Shown: piece after piece, positions 1 through 13,430 of the stretch
How the letters are laid out: each line of letters starts with the position of its first letter
How positions within the stretch are numbered: the stretch's first letter is position 1
Assembly: GCF_964213995.1 (NCBI RefSeq)
Contig: NC_135830.1
Span: forward strand, 8,308,001-8,372,000
Direction: 5' to 3'
DNA length: 64,000 nt
Source of the DNA: Mustelus asterias
Lineage: Eukaryota
Program-made: the position numbers and the translations under genes
Notes under the pieces: model-generated
Databases searched by the model: none
What the model saw: only the letters and a program-made list of their open reading frames with translations
Told to the model about the DNA's origin: nothing

Positions 1-1224
1 TTCAATGAAAGAATTGCTGCGCCACGCAGCGACCTATGCTGTAAATACATCTTTACCTCGCCTTTTTATGATAAAGTCCAATGATTGAACAGCGAGAACC
101 TCGATGATTTCGCTTCTAACTGGTCTGTCACTGTCACATGCCAGGTAATTATGAACAGCACGAACTCTGCTTCATCATAGACCGATGCAGGACATTGTGG
201 GAGAAAATAGTTTCCTTTACAATGTCCCACCAAGCACGGCCGGTGTCGCAGCATCGTGGCTTGACTGAGTGAATCTCTATATTCCCCGATGAAATGCTCA
301 CAAGAAATGCGTACCGCAGACTAGAATATAACACAAACAGAACAGGGGTGCAAAACATAAAGTGGCCCAAGTGACTGAGGTGTATTTCACACTAACATAT
401 CATCGAATGCAAACTTCCAAATAAAAGGGCTGATGAGATTTACCAGAGTAAAATATTGATGAAATTCTTGAAACCTGGGGTGTATCTGACACAGTTCAGT
501 GCAAACCGTGGGAATTGTTCCCAGGCTGGGCCTTACTGATACAGAGATTTCAGCTTCGCATTTTGTTTAAAATATACAGGCAGATACATTGTTCTCCCAC
601 AGTTCAATTAGATAGTGAAAGGGTCCACTGTCAAGAAAGTACAATGGCTGTCTGCTTCCACCATTATGGTTGTAATCACTGCCTTCTGTATCCATGATGC
701 ATTTCTCCCTCTTTCGCTCCACTTCCTTTGATGCTAACGCCCAGAACTCATGAGGATCACTCCAGGGATCCTCTCTCCCTGCTCCATTGTCTCTGATGCC
801 ATCTCACTAAACTCACTGAGCAACACCTCAGAGTTGCAGAGCAGTTCCTTCAACAATTTTTCAGCGATTCCTTCGAAGACTTCCTGTTACAGGAATTTCA
901 GCAAAAATAAAACTCTGTTGGGATCCCAGTATCTTCCAATGTTTTCATTCTACTGTGAGGCAATTGATCCTCTGCAGACTTGAGGTGCAGGCATGTTGTT
1001 ATTTGACGTTTAATATCACAAATTACAAGGAGGAAATAATTCAATGTGTTCCATTGTCTGTGGGTCTTCAGTCGATGGTAGCATTAATAGGAAGGCAGAT
1101 TATTAATTGAAATGACCTCAATTGAGAGAGACGGATAATCAGCGAGAACTTGGTTTCCTCGTGCATCAGTCGCTGAAAATAGGCATGCAGGTACTGCAAG
1201 CAGTGAGAAGACAGACTGCATGTC

Positions 1225-3870
1225 AGACCATTAGACCATTAGATTTAGGAGCAGAATTAGACCATTCGGCCCAAGGAGACTGCTCCTGCATTCAATCGTG
1301 GCAACTATGATTCTCATCCACACTCTCCTGCCTTCTCCCCAGAACTCTTGATCCCCTTATCCATCAAGAACCTATCTATCTCTGTCCTAAAGACGCTCAG
1401 TGACCTGACCGCCACAGCCCTCTATGACAATGAGTTCCACAGATTCACCACTCTCAAGCTGAGGAAATTCCTTCTTCTCTCAGTTTTAAAGGAGCGTCTC
1501 TTCACTCTGACTTTGTGCCCTCGAGTTCTCGTCGCTCTCACAACTGGAAACATTCTCTCCACGTTCACTCTAACCAGGCCTCTCAGTATTCTGTAAGTTT
1601 CAACGAGATCCCCCCAGATCCTTCTAAACTCCATCGAGTATAGGCGCAGACTCTTCAACCGCTCCTCATATGAAAAACCCTTCATTCCTGCGATCATTCT
1701 TGTGAACCTCCTGGTGCCCCTCCAAGGCCAGCGCATCCTTCCTAAGGTATAGGGCCAAAAACTGCTCACACGATTTCAAATAGAGTCTGACCAGAGCCCT
1801 ATATACCCTCAATAGCACATCCCTCATCTTATATTCTAGCCCTGTAGAAATGAATGCAAATGTTGAATTTGCCTTCTCAACTGCCAACTGAACCTGCATG
1901 TTAACAATCAGAGAGTCCTGAGCTCGGACTCCTAAGTCCACTTGTGCACAGATTTCGGAAGCCTTTCCCAATTGAGAAGATTTTCTATGCTTCTCTTCTT
2001 CCTGCTAATGTGATTAATCTCACACTTTCCAACGTTGTATTCCATCTTCTACTTCTTTGCCCATTCTCCTATCCTATCCAAGTCATTCTGCAGCCTCCCC
2101 ATGTCCTGAACACTCCCTGTCCCTCTACATATCTTTGTGTGATCCACAAATTTAGCAACCATGCCCTCAGTTCCATCTTCCAGATCATTAATATATATCG
2201 TGAAAAGTTGGAGTCACAGCACTGACCTCTGTGGAACACCACCAGTCACCCTAGGACCCCATTATCCCCACTCTCTGCCTTATGACTGTCAGCCACTCTT
2301 CTATCCATGTCAGTACATTACCTCCAATAAAATTTGGCTTTTGCTCATTTAGCAGCCTCATGTAAGGTACCTTGTCAAAGGCTTTCTGGAACTCCAAATA
2401 AATCACGTCCAATGGCTCTCCTTTGTCTAATTTCTTCATTCCCGCCTCAAAATACTCAAAAACATTTGTCAGACATGACCTCCACTTCACGAAGCCAAGC
2501 TGAATCAGCCCTATTTTACCATGCATTTCCAAGTAGTCCGCAATTTCCTCCTTAATAATGGACTCCAAGATCTTACCCACCACCGAGATTAGGCTAACCG
2601 GCCTATAATTTCCCATCTTCTGCCTCTCTTCCTTCTCAAAAAGGGGTGTTACATTAGAATTATCCCAGTCCTCTTGGACTTTCCCTGGCTCCAGTTATCC
2701 CTGAATGATCATCACCAATGCCTCCACAATCTCCTCAGCTATCCACTTCAGATCCTGGGGTGTAGTCAATTCAATCCTGGTGATTCATACACCTTCAGAC
2801 CTTTCAGCTTCCCTTGCTTTCCCTTCTCTTTAGTGATGGCCATTACATTTACTTCTGCCCCCTGACCTTCTTGAAGTTTCGGCATGTTACTGGTGTCTTC
2901 CAACGTGAAGACTGAAACAAAGTATCCATTCTGTTCCTTTGTCATTTTTTGTCCCCGATTACTACTTCTCCAGCTGTCCAAAGTCTATCCCTGACTCTCT
3001 CTTACCTTTTATATATCTAAGAAAAAACTCATGCAATTTTCTTTGATATTACTAGCGAGCTTATCATCATATTTCATCTTTTCACCCTTTTTGGTTTTTT
3101 TTCTAGTAGTCCTCTGCTTGCCTTTAAAGGATTCCCAATCCTCTGGCTTCCCACTATTTCTCGCCTCACGGTATTCTCTTTCCTTTGCTTTTATGCTATT
3201 GCTGTCTTCCCTTGTCAGCCATGCTGGCCTCGTCGTCCCCTTAACATGCTTCCTCTTTCTTGCAATACATTTATGATGTGCCTTCTGAATTGTCCCCCCA
3301 AATCTCTGCCACGATTGTTCCACAGTCTTTCCTGCTAGGCATCCTGTCCAAGCAAATCTGGCCAGCTCCTCCCTTACGGCCTTGTAGTTGCCTTTACTCA
3401 ATTGTAGCACCGTTTTATCCGATTTCAAAGTTTCCCCCTTAAACTGAAAGGTGAATTCAATCATATTGCTGTCAATGCCCCTTAGGCGTTCCTTCAACTT
3501 AAGTTCCCTGATCAAGATTGCCTCATTACACATTACCAGACACAGAAGTGCCTGTTCTGGCACAACCTGCTCCAAAAAAAAACATCGCATCAACATTCCA
3601 CAATTTTTTTTATCTTCGGATCCGCTACCAACTTCACTTTCCCAGTCCACCTGCATATTGAAATCCCCCATGCTCACTGTAATATTGCCTTTCTTCCATG
3701 CCTTTTTTATCTCCTGACTTATTTTCTGTCCGACATACTGACGACAGCTGGGGGTCCTGTTCATAACTCCCATCCGGATCATTTTCCCAATTGCAATTCC
3801 TCAACTCCACCACACAGATTCTATGCCGTCCGACCCAATATCCCCTCTTGCTAATGATTTAATTTCGTTT
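1225..3870 (-). mobile_element. CR1-clade LINE, degenerate ORF2 (endonuclease to RT to 3' end)
   Basis: Fragmented ORFs with NYRPVSL, FQKAFDKVP, GDFN and RFTRMI..YEERL motifs, with frameshifts and stops. Confidence 0.85.
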
Positions 3871-3871
3871 C

Positions 3872-4198
3872 ATGGAATAATATAATCCTACAGTGCAGAA
3901 GGAGCCCATTCGGCCCATCGATTTTGTACCGACCACAATACCATCCAGGCCCTATCCCCGTAAAACCACGCATTTACCCGAGCTATTCCCCTTGACACTA
4001 AGGGGCAATGTAGCATGGCCAATCCACCTAACTTCATAACTTCGGACTGTGGGAGGAAACCAGAGAACCCAGAAGAAACCAACGCAGACACAGGGATAAT
4101 GTACAAACTGCACACACACAGTCACTCAAGCGGGGAATCGAACCCCGGGCCCCTGGCACTGTGCGGCCACAGTGCTAAACACTGTGCCACTGTGCTGT
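3872..4198 (-). mobile_element. tRNA-derived shark SINE (HE1-like)
   Basis: Reverse strand has A box TGGCACAGTG, B box GGTTCGATTCC and a CR1-like tail. Confidence 0.75.
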
Positions 4199-4287
4199 GT
4201 TTCTTACCCACTTGGCATGTTGGCCTTCATAGCGAGAGGTAGTGTGCGCGATTATCCGAATCTCGATGTTACAGCCATATTGTCATT

Positions 4288-4392
4288 GGGGCGGCATGGT
4301 AGCACAATGGTTACCACTGCTACCCCTAGGCGCCAGGGACCCGGGTTCGATTCCTGTCTTAGGTGACTATTTGTGCGGAGTTTGCACAATCT
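4288..4392 (+). mobile_element. SINE head fragment (HE1-like)
   Basis: tagcacaatgg A box and ggttcgattcc B box; truncated by the following CR1. Confidence 0.65.
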
Positions 4393-6160
4393 TAGAGTAA
4401 GCTTAGGGCCAGTCAAGGACAGGAGTGGGAAGTTGTGCGTGGAGTCTGAAGAGATAGAAGAGACACCAAATGAATATTTTTCGTCGGTATTCACACTGGA
4501 GAGGGACAGTGTCGAGGGGAGTACTGAGATGCAGGCTGTTGGACTGGATGGGATTGAGGTTCATAGGGAGGAGGTGTTAGCAATTCTGGAAAGGGTAAAA
4601 ATAGACAAGTCCCCTGGGCCGGATGGGATTTATCCTAGGATTCTCTGGGAGGCCTAGAGAGGAGATTGCAGAGCCTTTGGCTTTGATCTTTGGGTCGTCA
4701 TTGTCTACTGGAACAGTGCCAGAAGACTGGAGGATAGCAAATGTTGTCCCCTTGTTCAAGAAGGGGAGTAGAGACAACCCTGGTAATTATAGACCGGTGA
4801 GCCTTACTTCTGTTGTGGGCAAAGTATTGGAAACGATTATAAGAGATAGGATTCATAATCACCTGGAAAGGAATAATTTGATTAGGGATAGTCAGCACGG
4901 TTTTGTGAAGGGTAAGTCGTGCCTCACAAACCTTATTGAGTTCTTTGAGAAGGTGACCAAAGAGGTGGATGAGGGGAAAGCGGTTGATGTGGTGTATATG
5001 GATTTCAGCAAAGAGTTTGATAAGATTCCCCATGGTAAGCTGTTGCAGAAAATACGGACACATGGGATTGAGGGTGATTTAGTGGTTTAGATCAGGAATT
5101 GGCTAGCTGTAAGAAAACAGAGGGTGGTGGTTGATGGGAAATATTCATCCTGGAGTTACGTTACGAGTGGTGTACGGCAAGGATCTGTTTTAGGGCCACT
5201 GCTGTTGTCATTATTATTAATGACCTGGATGAGGGCATAGAAGGACGAGTTAGTAAATTTGCGGATGACACTAAGTGGAGTTGTAGACAGTGCGGAGGGA
5301 AGTGGCAGGTTACAGAGGGACATAGATAAGCTGCAGAGCTGGGCTGAGAGGTGGCAAATGGAGTTTAATGCGGAAACCTGCGAAGTGATTCAGTTTGGAA
5401 GGAGTAACAAGAATACAGAGTACTGGGCTAATGGTAAGATACTTGGTAGTAAGGATGAACAGAGGGATCTGGGTGTCCATGTGCATAGATCCCTGAAAGT
5501 TGGCACCCAGGTTGATAGGGTTGTTAAGAAGGCGTTTGGTGTGTTACCTTTTATTGGGAGAGGGATTGAGTTTCGCAGGCAGGAGGTCATGTTGCAACTG
5601 TACAAAACTCTGGTGCGGCCGCACTTGGAGTATTGCGTACAGTTCTGGTCGCCGCATTATAGGAAGGATGTGGAAGTGTTGGAAAGGGTGCAGAGGAGAT
5701 TTACCAGGATGTTGCCTGGTATGGTGGGAAAATCGTATGAGGAAAGGCTGAGGGGCTTGAGGTTGTTTTCGTTAGAGAGAAGGAGGTTAACAGGTGACTT
5801 AATAGAGGCTTACATGATGATCAGAGGATTAGATAGGGTGGATAGTGAGAGCCTTTTTCCTTGGATGGTGATGGCTAACACGAGGGGACATAGCTTTAAA
5901 TTGAGGGGTGAGAGATATAGGACAGATGTTCGAGGTAGGTTCTTTACTCAGAGAGTAGTAAGGGCGTGGAATGCCCTGCCTGCAGCAGTAGTGGACTCGT
6001 CAACATTAAGAGCATTCAAATGGTTATTGGATAAACATATGGATGATATTGGAATATTGTAGGTTAGATGGGCTTTAGATAGGTTTCACTAGTCGGTGCA
6101 ACATCGAGGGCCGAACGGCCTGTACTGCGCTGTAAAGTTCTATGTTCGATGTTCTATGTT
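4393..6160 (+). mobile_element. 5'-truncated CR1 LINE (RT domain and 3' UTR)
   Basis: ORFs 4373-4657, 4623-5090 and 5259-6062 with KSPGPDG, YMDFSK and LVRPHLEYC; ends in (ttctatg)n tail. Confidence 0.9.
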
Positions 6161-9100
6161 CTGTGTGAAACAATTGCCCCTCTGGACCCTTTTGCATGTC
6201 TCTCCTTTCACCTTAAACCTATGCCCTCTAGTTTTAGACTCCCCCATATTTGGGAAATGATATTGACTATCAAGCTGATCAATGTCCCTCATTACTTTAT
6301 AGACCTCCATAAGATCACGCATCACTTTTCTAAGGTCCAGAGAAAAAGGTCCCAGTCTATCCAGTCTCTCCATATAACTCAAACCATCAAGTCCTGGTAG
6401 CATCCTAGTGAATCTCTTCAGCACTCTTTCTATTTTAATAATATCCTTTCTATAATAGGGTGACCAGAACTTGTACAGTATTCCAAGTGTGGCCTGACCA
6501 ATGTCTTGTACAACTTCAACAAGACGTCACAACTCCTGTATTCAATGTTCTGACCAATGAAACCAAGTATGCCGAATGCCTTCCTCATCACTCTGTCCAC
6601 ATGTGACTGCACTTTCAAGCAGCTATGAACCTGTACTCCTCGTTCTCTTTGTTCTGTAACTCCCTCCAACGCCCTACGATTAACTGAGTAAGTCCTGCCC
6701 TTGTTCAATCTGCAAAAATGCATCGCCTGGCATTTATCCAAATTAAACTCCATCTGCCATTCGTCAGCCCACTGGCCCAATTGATCAAGATCCCCTTGCA
6801 ATCCGAGATAACCTTCCCCACTGTCCAATATGCCACCGACCTTGGTGACATCTGGAAACTTACTAACCTTGCCTCCTATATTTTCATTCAAATCATTAAT
6901 ATCAATATCAGAGGACACAGCACCGATCCCTGAGCCACACCTCAGGTCACAGGCCTCCAGTTTGAAAAACAACCCTCTACAACCACCGTCTGGCTTCTGT
7001 CATCAAGCCAATTTTGTATCCATTCAGGTACCCCACCCTGGATACCGTGAAATTTTAACCTTATGCAACAATCTACCATGCGGTACCTTGCCAAAGGCCT
7101 TGCTAAAGTCCATGTAGACAACACCAGCTGCACGGTCCTCATCTACCTTCTTGGTTACCATTTCTAAAAACACAATCAAATTTGTGAGACATGACTTTCC
7201 ACTCACAAAGCCATGCTGACTGTCCCGAATCAGTTGTTGCGTCTCTAAATGCCTGTAGATCCTGTCTCTCAAAATAACTTCCAACAACTCATCCACCACA
7301 GGTGTGAGGCTCAACGGCCAGTAGTTCCCAGGCTGTTCCCTGCAGCCCATTTTGAACCAAGGTACAACATTTGCTACCCTCCAATCTTCAGGCACCTCAC
7401 CTGTGACTATCGATGATTCAAATATCTCTGCTAGGGGACCTGCAATTTCCTCCCCTGCCTTCCACAATGTCCTGGGATACACTTCATCAGGTCCCGGGGA
7501 TTTACCTACCTTGATGGACTTTATGACTTCCAGCACCTCCTTCTCTGTAATATGTGCGCGCCTCAAGTCATCACCATTTATGTCCTCTAGTCCTCTAACA
7601 TCCATGCTTTTCTCAACAGTAAATACTGATGAGAAATATTCATTTAGGATCTCAACCATCTCTTGTGAATCCGCACATAGATGACCTTGTTGATCTTTAA
7701 GAGGCCGTACTCTCTCACTAGTTACTCTTGTGGCCTTTATGAGTTTGCAGAAGTTCTTTGGATTGTCCTTTGCCTTGTCTGCCAAATCAATCCCTTGTCC
7801 CCTTTTTGCCCTCCTGATTTCTCTCTTAACTCTACTCCTACATCCAATAGACTATTCAAGAGATTCACTTGATCCCAGCTGCCTATGCATGTCATGTGCC
7901 TCTTTCTTCTTCTTGACCAGGCCCTCAATATCCCGAGTCATCCACGGTTCCCTACTTCTACCAGTCTTGCCCGTCACTCTTCAGAGGAATGTGCTTAGTC
8001 TGAACCCAGGTTAACACACTTTTGAAAGCCTCCCACTTACCAGCTGTCTCTTTGCTTTCCCACATATTCCCCCACTTAACGTTTGAATGTAGCTGCCTGT
8101 TACCATCAAAATTGGCCTTACCGCAATTTAGAATTGTAACTTTTGGGCCAGACCTATCATTCTCCATCGCTATCTTAAAACTAATAGAATGATGATCACT
8201 GGTCCCCAAATGATCCCTCACTAACACTTCTGTCACCTGCCCTTCTTTATTTTCCAAGAGGGCAACAAGTTTTGCCCCCTCTCTAGTCGGGTCATCTACA
8301 TACTGAATGAGAAATTCCTCGTGACTACACTCAACAAATTTCTCTCCATTCAACCCGCTAATGCTAAGGCTGTCCCGGTCAACGTTGAGAAAGTTAAAAT
8401 CCATTAATATTGCCGTCCTATTTTTCTTGGAGCTATCTGTAATCTCCTTACGTATATGCTCCTCAATTTTGCGCTGTCTATTTGGGGGCCTAAAGTATAA
8501 CCCTATGACAATTCTACCCATATACACTCAGTGGCCGAACCCTCGGATATATCCCCTCTCAGTACTGCTGTGATGTTCTCCCTAATCAAAAGTGCCACAC
8601 CCCCTCCTCTCTCACCTCCTGTTCTATCTTTCCTCTAGCATCTGTACCCTTGAATATTGAGCTGCCAGTCCTGTCCCTCCCTTAGCCATGTTTCAGTAAT
8701 TGCTATAATATCCCAGTCCCCGGACCCATCCGTGCCTTCAGTTCTTCTGCCTTGCCCGTCAGAACTCTTGCATTGAAATAAATGCAGTTTAATCTATACT
8801 TCCCTCGCTCTCTGCTCTGCTTTTGCCTGATGTGTCTGGTGCGAGGATGACTGACAATGCCTTTCCAACTTAATGTGCTCTCTTTAACAGCTGTTCTGTC
8901 CTCAACGTTCTCTTCTGTCTCCCTACTGCTTTGGGTCCCACCGCTCTGGCACGAGTTTAAACCCTCCCGAGCGGCTCATGCAAATCTCCCCCCACTAGGG
9001 TATTAGTCCCCTTCCAGTTTAGGTGTAACCCATCCCTCTTGAACAGGTCACCCTTTCCCCAGAAGAGATCCCTGCCCCTGCACCAGCTCTTAAGCCACGC

Positions 9101-9790
9101 ATTCGGCTGCCTAATCTTCCTATTCTCACCAACATGTGGCACCAATAGTAGTCCAGAAATTACAAACTTCGAGGTCCTGCACTTTAGCCTTCTGCCTAAC
9201 TCTCTATATTCACACTTCAGGACCTCATCCCTTTTCCTACCTATGTCGTGGATACCAATATGTACAACGACCTTTGGCTGGTCACCCTTCTCCGTAAGAA
9301 TGTCTTGCAACTGCTCAGAGACATCCTTGACCCTGGCACCCGGGAGGCAACACACCATCCTGAAGTCTCGATCGCGGCCACAGAAACGCCTGTCTGTGCC
9401 TCCACCTAGCAAGTCCCCTATTACTGCAGGTCGCGTGCTCTTTGCCCGACCCTGCGCTACAGAAAAACCAGGTTTGGTGCATCAGGGCAGGCTGCTGCTG
9501 GTATCTTCCCCTTAAAGGCTATCCCCTTCAAAACGACATACCTGTTTGAAAGGGGAATAGCCGCTGGAGACTCCTGCACCACCTGTCTGCCTCTCCTGGC
9601 GGTCACCCATCTACATGACTGAAGCTGTGATGTGACAACCTCCTTGTAACCTGTGCCCATCACACTCTCTGCCCCCCGTATGCTTCGCAGTGCATCCACC
9701 TGCTGCTCCAACCGAACAATGTGATCTTTGAGGATCTGCAACTGGACATACTTCCTGCACACATAGTTATCAGAGAGATTAGATTGGTCC
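6161..9790 (-). mobile_element. Near full-length decayed CR1 LINE (ORF1 zipper/SGNH esterase plus ORF2 EN-RT)
   Basis: ORF1 pieces CRKYVQLQIL.. and CCLPGARVKDV..VVHIG; ORF2 endonuclease (SDHH) and RT fragments. Confidence 0.9.
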
Positions 9791-9794
9791 CTAA

Positions 9795-10206
9795 TTTTTG
9801 ATTTTATTTTATTTTATTTATTATTGTCAGATGTATTAACATATAGTGAAAAGTATTGTTTCTTGCGTGCTATACAGACAAAACATACCATTCATAGAGA
9901 AGGAAACGAGAGAGTGCAGAATGTAGTGTTACAGTCATTGCTGGGGTGCAGAGAAAGATCAACTCCATGCAAGGTAAGTCCTTTCAGAAGTGTGACAGCA
10001 GCAGGGAAGAAGCTGTTCTTGAGTCTGTTGGTACGTGACCTCAGACTTTTGTATCTTTCTCCCAAAGAAAGAAGGTGGAAGAGAGAACGTCCGAGGTGCG
10101 TGGGCTCCTTAATTATGCTGGCTGCGTTGCCGAGGCATCGGCAAATGTAAAGAAAGTCATTGGATGGGAGACTGGTTTGCCTGATGGATTGGCCTACATT
10201 CACCAC
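9795..10206 (-). mobile_element. Rex/Babar-type LINE 3' fragment
   Basis: ORF 9892-10206 AASIIKEPTH..RYKSLRSRTNRLKNSFFPAAV; simple-repeat tail. Confidence 0.7.
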
Positions 10207-10413
10207 CTAATTTCCCACATCTGGCAGGAGGAGCATACCACTGCCCCAACTGTCATACTGCCTTCAAACAGGTAAAAGGATAAAATAATCTCAACCCACC
10301 TTTCCCTCAACCCACCTTTCACCTCAACCCACGTTCGAGGAAAATGTAGGCATGGAACACTGAAGTAGCGTTTGGCGTTTAGCTGTCCCTTTACAACAGC
10401 TCCTCCACAGACT

Positions 10414-10751
10414 ACCTTCTGGTCGCAGTGACTGCGACAATGCAAATCTTACCTGCAACAGCCAATCAGCCCCGCCACTCTGTTGCCCTCACCTGGACAC
10501 TTGCCTTCACACGAATATGGAGCGTCCCTTCCGGACGTCCACCTTCTGGTCGCAGTGACTGCGACAATGCAAATCTCACCTGCAACAGCCAATCAGCTCC
10601 GCCGCTCTGCTGCCCTCACCTGGAAACTTGCTTCACACAAAGATGGAGGGTGCCTTCCGGACGTCCACCTTCTGGTCGCAGTGACAGCACTGATGCAAAT
10701 CTTACCTGCAACAGCCAATCAGTTCCGTCGCTCTGCTGCCCTTCCCTGGAC
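10414..10751. repeat. About 126-127 bp tandem repeat (2.7 copies) with octamer, CCAAT and ETS motifs
   Basis: Units start at 10414, 10541 and 10667; ATGCAAAT at 10440, 10567, 10693; CCAAT at 10462, 10589, 10715; CTTCCGG at 10528, 10654. Confidence 0.9.
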
Positions 10752-10767
10752 GTGATGATCTTTTCAG

Positions 10768-11073
10768 GTCCTTGTGAAGGAGATTCTGTCACCCAGCTGC
10801 CCTCATTAGATATAAAGAAAGAATGAGATGCAGTGATTTTGACCAGTACGTATAATACTACAGTGAAGAACTATATATCATGCTGGTACCGACAGTACCC
10901 AGATACACAGCCCGAGTTTGTATTCTTGAAAAACTCCTGGGATTCTGCGGTCAAAGCATATTTTGCCAAAATCCGTTTCTCTGCTGAGCTCCAGACTGAG
11001 AATAAATTTACCAGATTAACAAGCTCCGGGCTGGAGGTGACTGACTCTGCCTTGCATTCTGTGCTATCAGTCT
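10768..11073 (+). pseudogene. T-cell receptor alpha/delta V segment pseudogene (V1)
   Basis: ttttcAG acceptor, then GDSVTQ..WYRQ..RFSAEL..GLEVTDSA; in-frame TGA at 10824-10826, first Cys changed to Ser, 1-nt deletion in YYC, no leader exon; followed by an RSS. Confidence 0.9.
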
Positions 11074-11112
11074 CACAGTTTTAGCATTCAATCTGATCAC
11101 CGTACAAGAAAT
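11074..11112 (+). promoter_or_regulatory. 23-bp-spacer RSS of V1
   Basis: CACAGTT + 23 bp + ACAAGAAAT. Confidence 0.85.
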
Positions 11113-11834
11113 GTCGGCGGGAGTCGCTATGTACTGCAGGTCACATAGAACCGGAGATGGCTGCAATCACAATGTTCAGCGGCGATTCCATGTACCAGAA
11201 TACACAACGAAATGAACCTAAATTAACCTGGGATCAAACTGTAATCTAACGGTAAGCAGCAGGGGCTAAGTAATCAAACTGCAGAACCCAATGGAACAAA
11301 GACACAGCGCAGTGCCACAATGACACCCCTCACCCCTACCTTCAATAATATCCTGTCTTGTCAGACTGATCGATCGTGAGTTGGATATCAGTGAATGGAA
11401 ATAGGCTGTGTTAGAGAGCAATGTCCTGACCATGGAAATACATCCACTGTTGGAGAGCGGGAGTGGGAATGTAAGCATCCTCTTTTAAATTGGCACTGTC
11501 GCTGATAAAACAGATTTAAAACCAATCATCGCACTCAACCAAACATACTGAAGGCCATCTGTGTAGATGAGAATTTGCACTCAATTTCCCGGTGGCCCGC
11601 AGACTGTGGATTTCGTCAGTTGCAATAATAAAAATAACCAGAAAATGTAAGAACATTCCACCAGCATCCGTTAGCCTTTTGAGAATTCAGTGGATTCTCA
11701 GACTGAAGACCATTTGCAATGCATCGCAAGCGAGGGAACAACTCACGCTTGGCATGTTTACTGTTGCATGTAGATCACTGGATCACATTGCACTCGGGCA
11801 GGAGAACGGTAATTTTCCTCATCATAGTTCACCA

Positions 11835-12125
11835 TTCCACAGTGAGAGAACCTGAACGGTTTCCCATCAGTGGGCATATGTTGATGTGACAACAGATTGC
11901 AGGAACTTTGATCGCGTTTCCCGCAGTCTGGGCATTTAAATGGTCTGTCAGTTGTGTGAATTCGCTGGTGTCTCAGCAGGATGGGTGATTGACTCGATCC
12001 CTTCCACCTTTGGAGCAGATGTAAGGTCCCTTCTGAGTGTGAACTCGCTGGTGTCCCCGCAGACGAGATGAGTGAGTGAATCATTTCCCACACAGAGCAG
12101 GTAAATAGCGTTAATGCCACACCGC
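11835..12125 (-). pseudogene. C2H2 zinc-finger gene remnant
   Basis: LLRHQRIHTTDRPFKCPDCGK..LLSHQHMPTDGKPF: Kruppel-type fingers and linkers, degenerate. Confidence 0.75.
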
Positions 12126-12199
12126 GTTAATGAAACACCTGTGAAATTCAGAGACAATGAATGGCCGGACTATTATTACTTGCTCTGAATTCTCCTGAT

Positions 12200-13430
12200 T
12201 TGCCAGTGCAGTTGATGTTATCTACAGTGCAGTTGATGTTGTCTGCATGGACTTTAGCAAGGCCTTTGACAAGATACCGGATGGTAGGTTGTTGCATGAG
12301 GTTAAATCTCACGGGATGCAGGGTGAGGTATGTAAATGGATACAAAATTGGCTTCTTGACAGAAGTCAGAGGGTGGTTGTGGAGGGTTGTTTTTCAAACT
12401 GGAGGTTTGTGACCACCGGTGTGCCTCAGGGATCAGTGCTGGACCCACTGTTATTTGTCATTTATATTAACGATTTGAATGAGAATATCGGAGATATGGT
12501 TTGTGAGTTTGCAGATGACACCAAGATTGGTGGCATAGTGCACAGTGAAGAACGGTATCTCCAATTGCAACGGGATCTTGATCAATTGGGCCAGTGGGCT
12601 GACTAATGGCAGATGGAGTTTAATTTAGACAAATGCGAGGTGATGCATTTTGGTCGACTGAATCAGGGCAGGACTTACTCAGTTAATGGCAGGGCGTTGG
12701 GCAGAGTTACAGAACAAAGAGATCTAGGGGTACAGATTCATAGCTCCTTGAAAGTGGAGTCACAGGTGGACTGAGTGGTGAAGAAGGCATTCGTCATGCT
12801 TGGTTTCATCTGTCAGAACATTGAATACAGGAGTTGGAATGTCTTGTTAAACTTGTACAAGACATTGGAAAGGCCGCAATGGAATACTGTGCGCAGTTCT
12901 TTTCACCCTATTATAGAAAGGATGTCATTAAACTTGAAAGAGTGCCGAAAACATTTACTAGGATGCTTTCGGGACTGACGGTTTGAGTTATAAGGAGAGG
13001 CTGGATAGACTGGGACTTTTTTCCCTGGAGCATAGAAGGCGGAGAGATGATCTTACAGAGATCTACAAAATAATGAGAGGCACAGATTAGCTAGATAGTC
13101 AATATCTTTTCCCAAAGGTAGGGGAGCCTGAAACTAGTGGGCATAGTTTCAAAGTGAGAGGGGAGATATACAAACGTGTCCAGAGGGGCAATTTCTTTAC
13201 ATAGAAAGTGGTGGGTGTCTGGAACAAGCTGCCAGAGGTAGTAGTAGAGGCGGGTACAATTTTGTGTTTTAAAAAACATTTAGATGGTTTCATGGGTAAT
13301 TTGGGTTGAGAGGGATATGCGCCAAAAGCGGGCATTGGGATGACCTTAGGGGCTTAAAATAAATGAGCGGCATGGACAAGTCGGGCCGAAGGGCCTGTTT
13401 CCATGCTGTAAACTTCTATGACTATGGCTC
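12200..13430 (+). mobile_element. 5'-truncated CR1 LINE
   Basis: [23 protein letters not shown]; same family as 6161-9790. Confidence 0.9.

Noticed and set aside
85-180. SVTVTCQ stretch resembling an Ig strand B
   Set aside because: Bounded by stops, with no WYRQ, YYC or RSS; likely chance
10414-10751. CRISPR-like array
   Set aside because: Eukaryotic context; whole units repeat with no unique spacers and there are no cas genes
10768-11073. V1 as a leaderless NAR-TCR supporting V-delta (no leader, extra Cys before WYRQ)
   Set aside because: It retains conventional leader part 2 residues (GPCEG), no NAR-type V-D-J is seen upstream in the window, and the Cys may be one of many decay mutations
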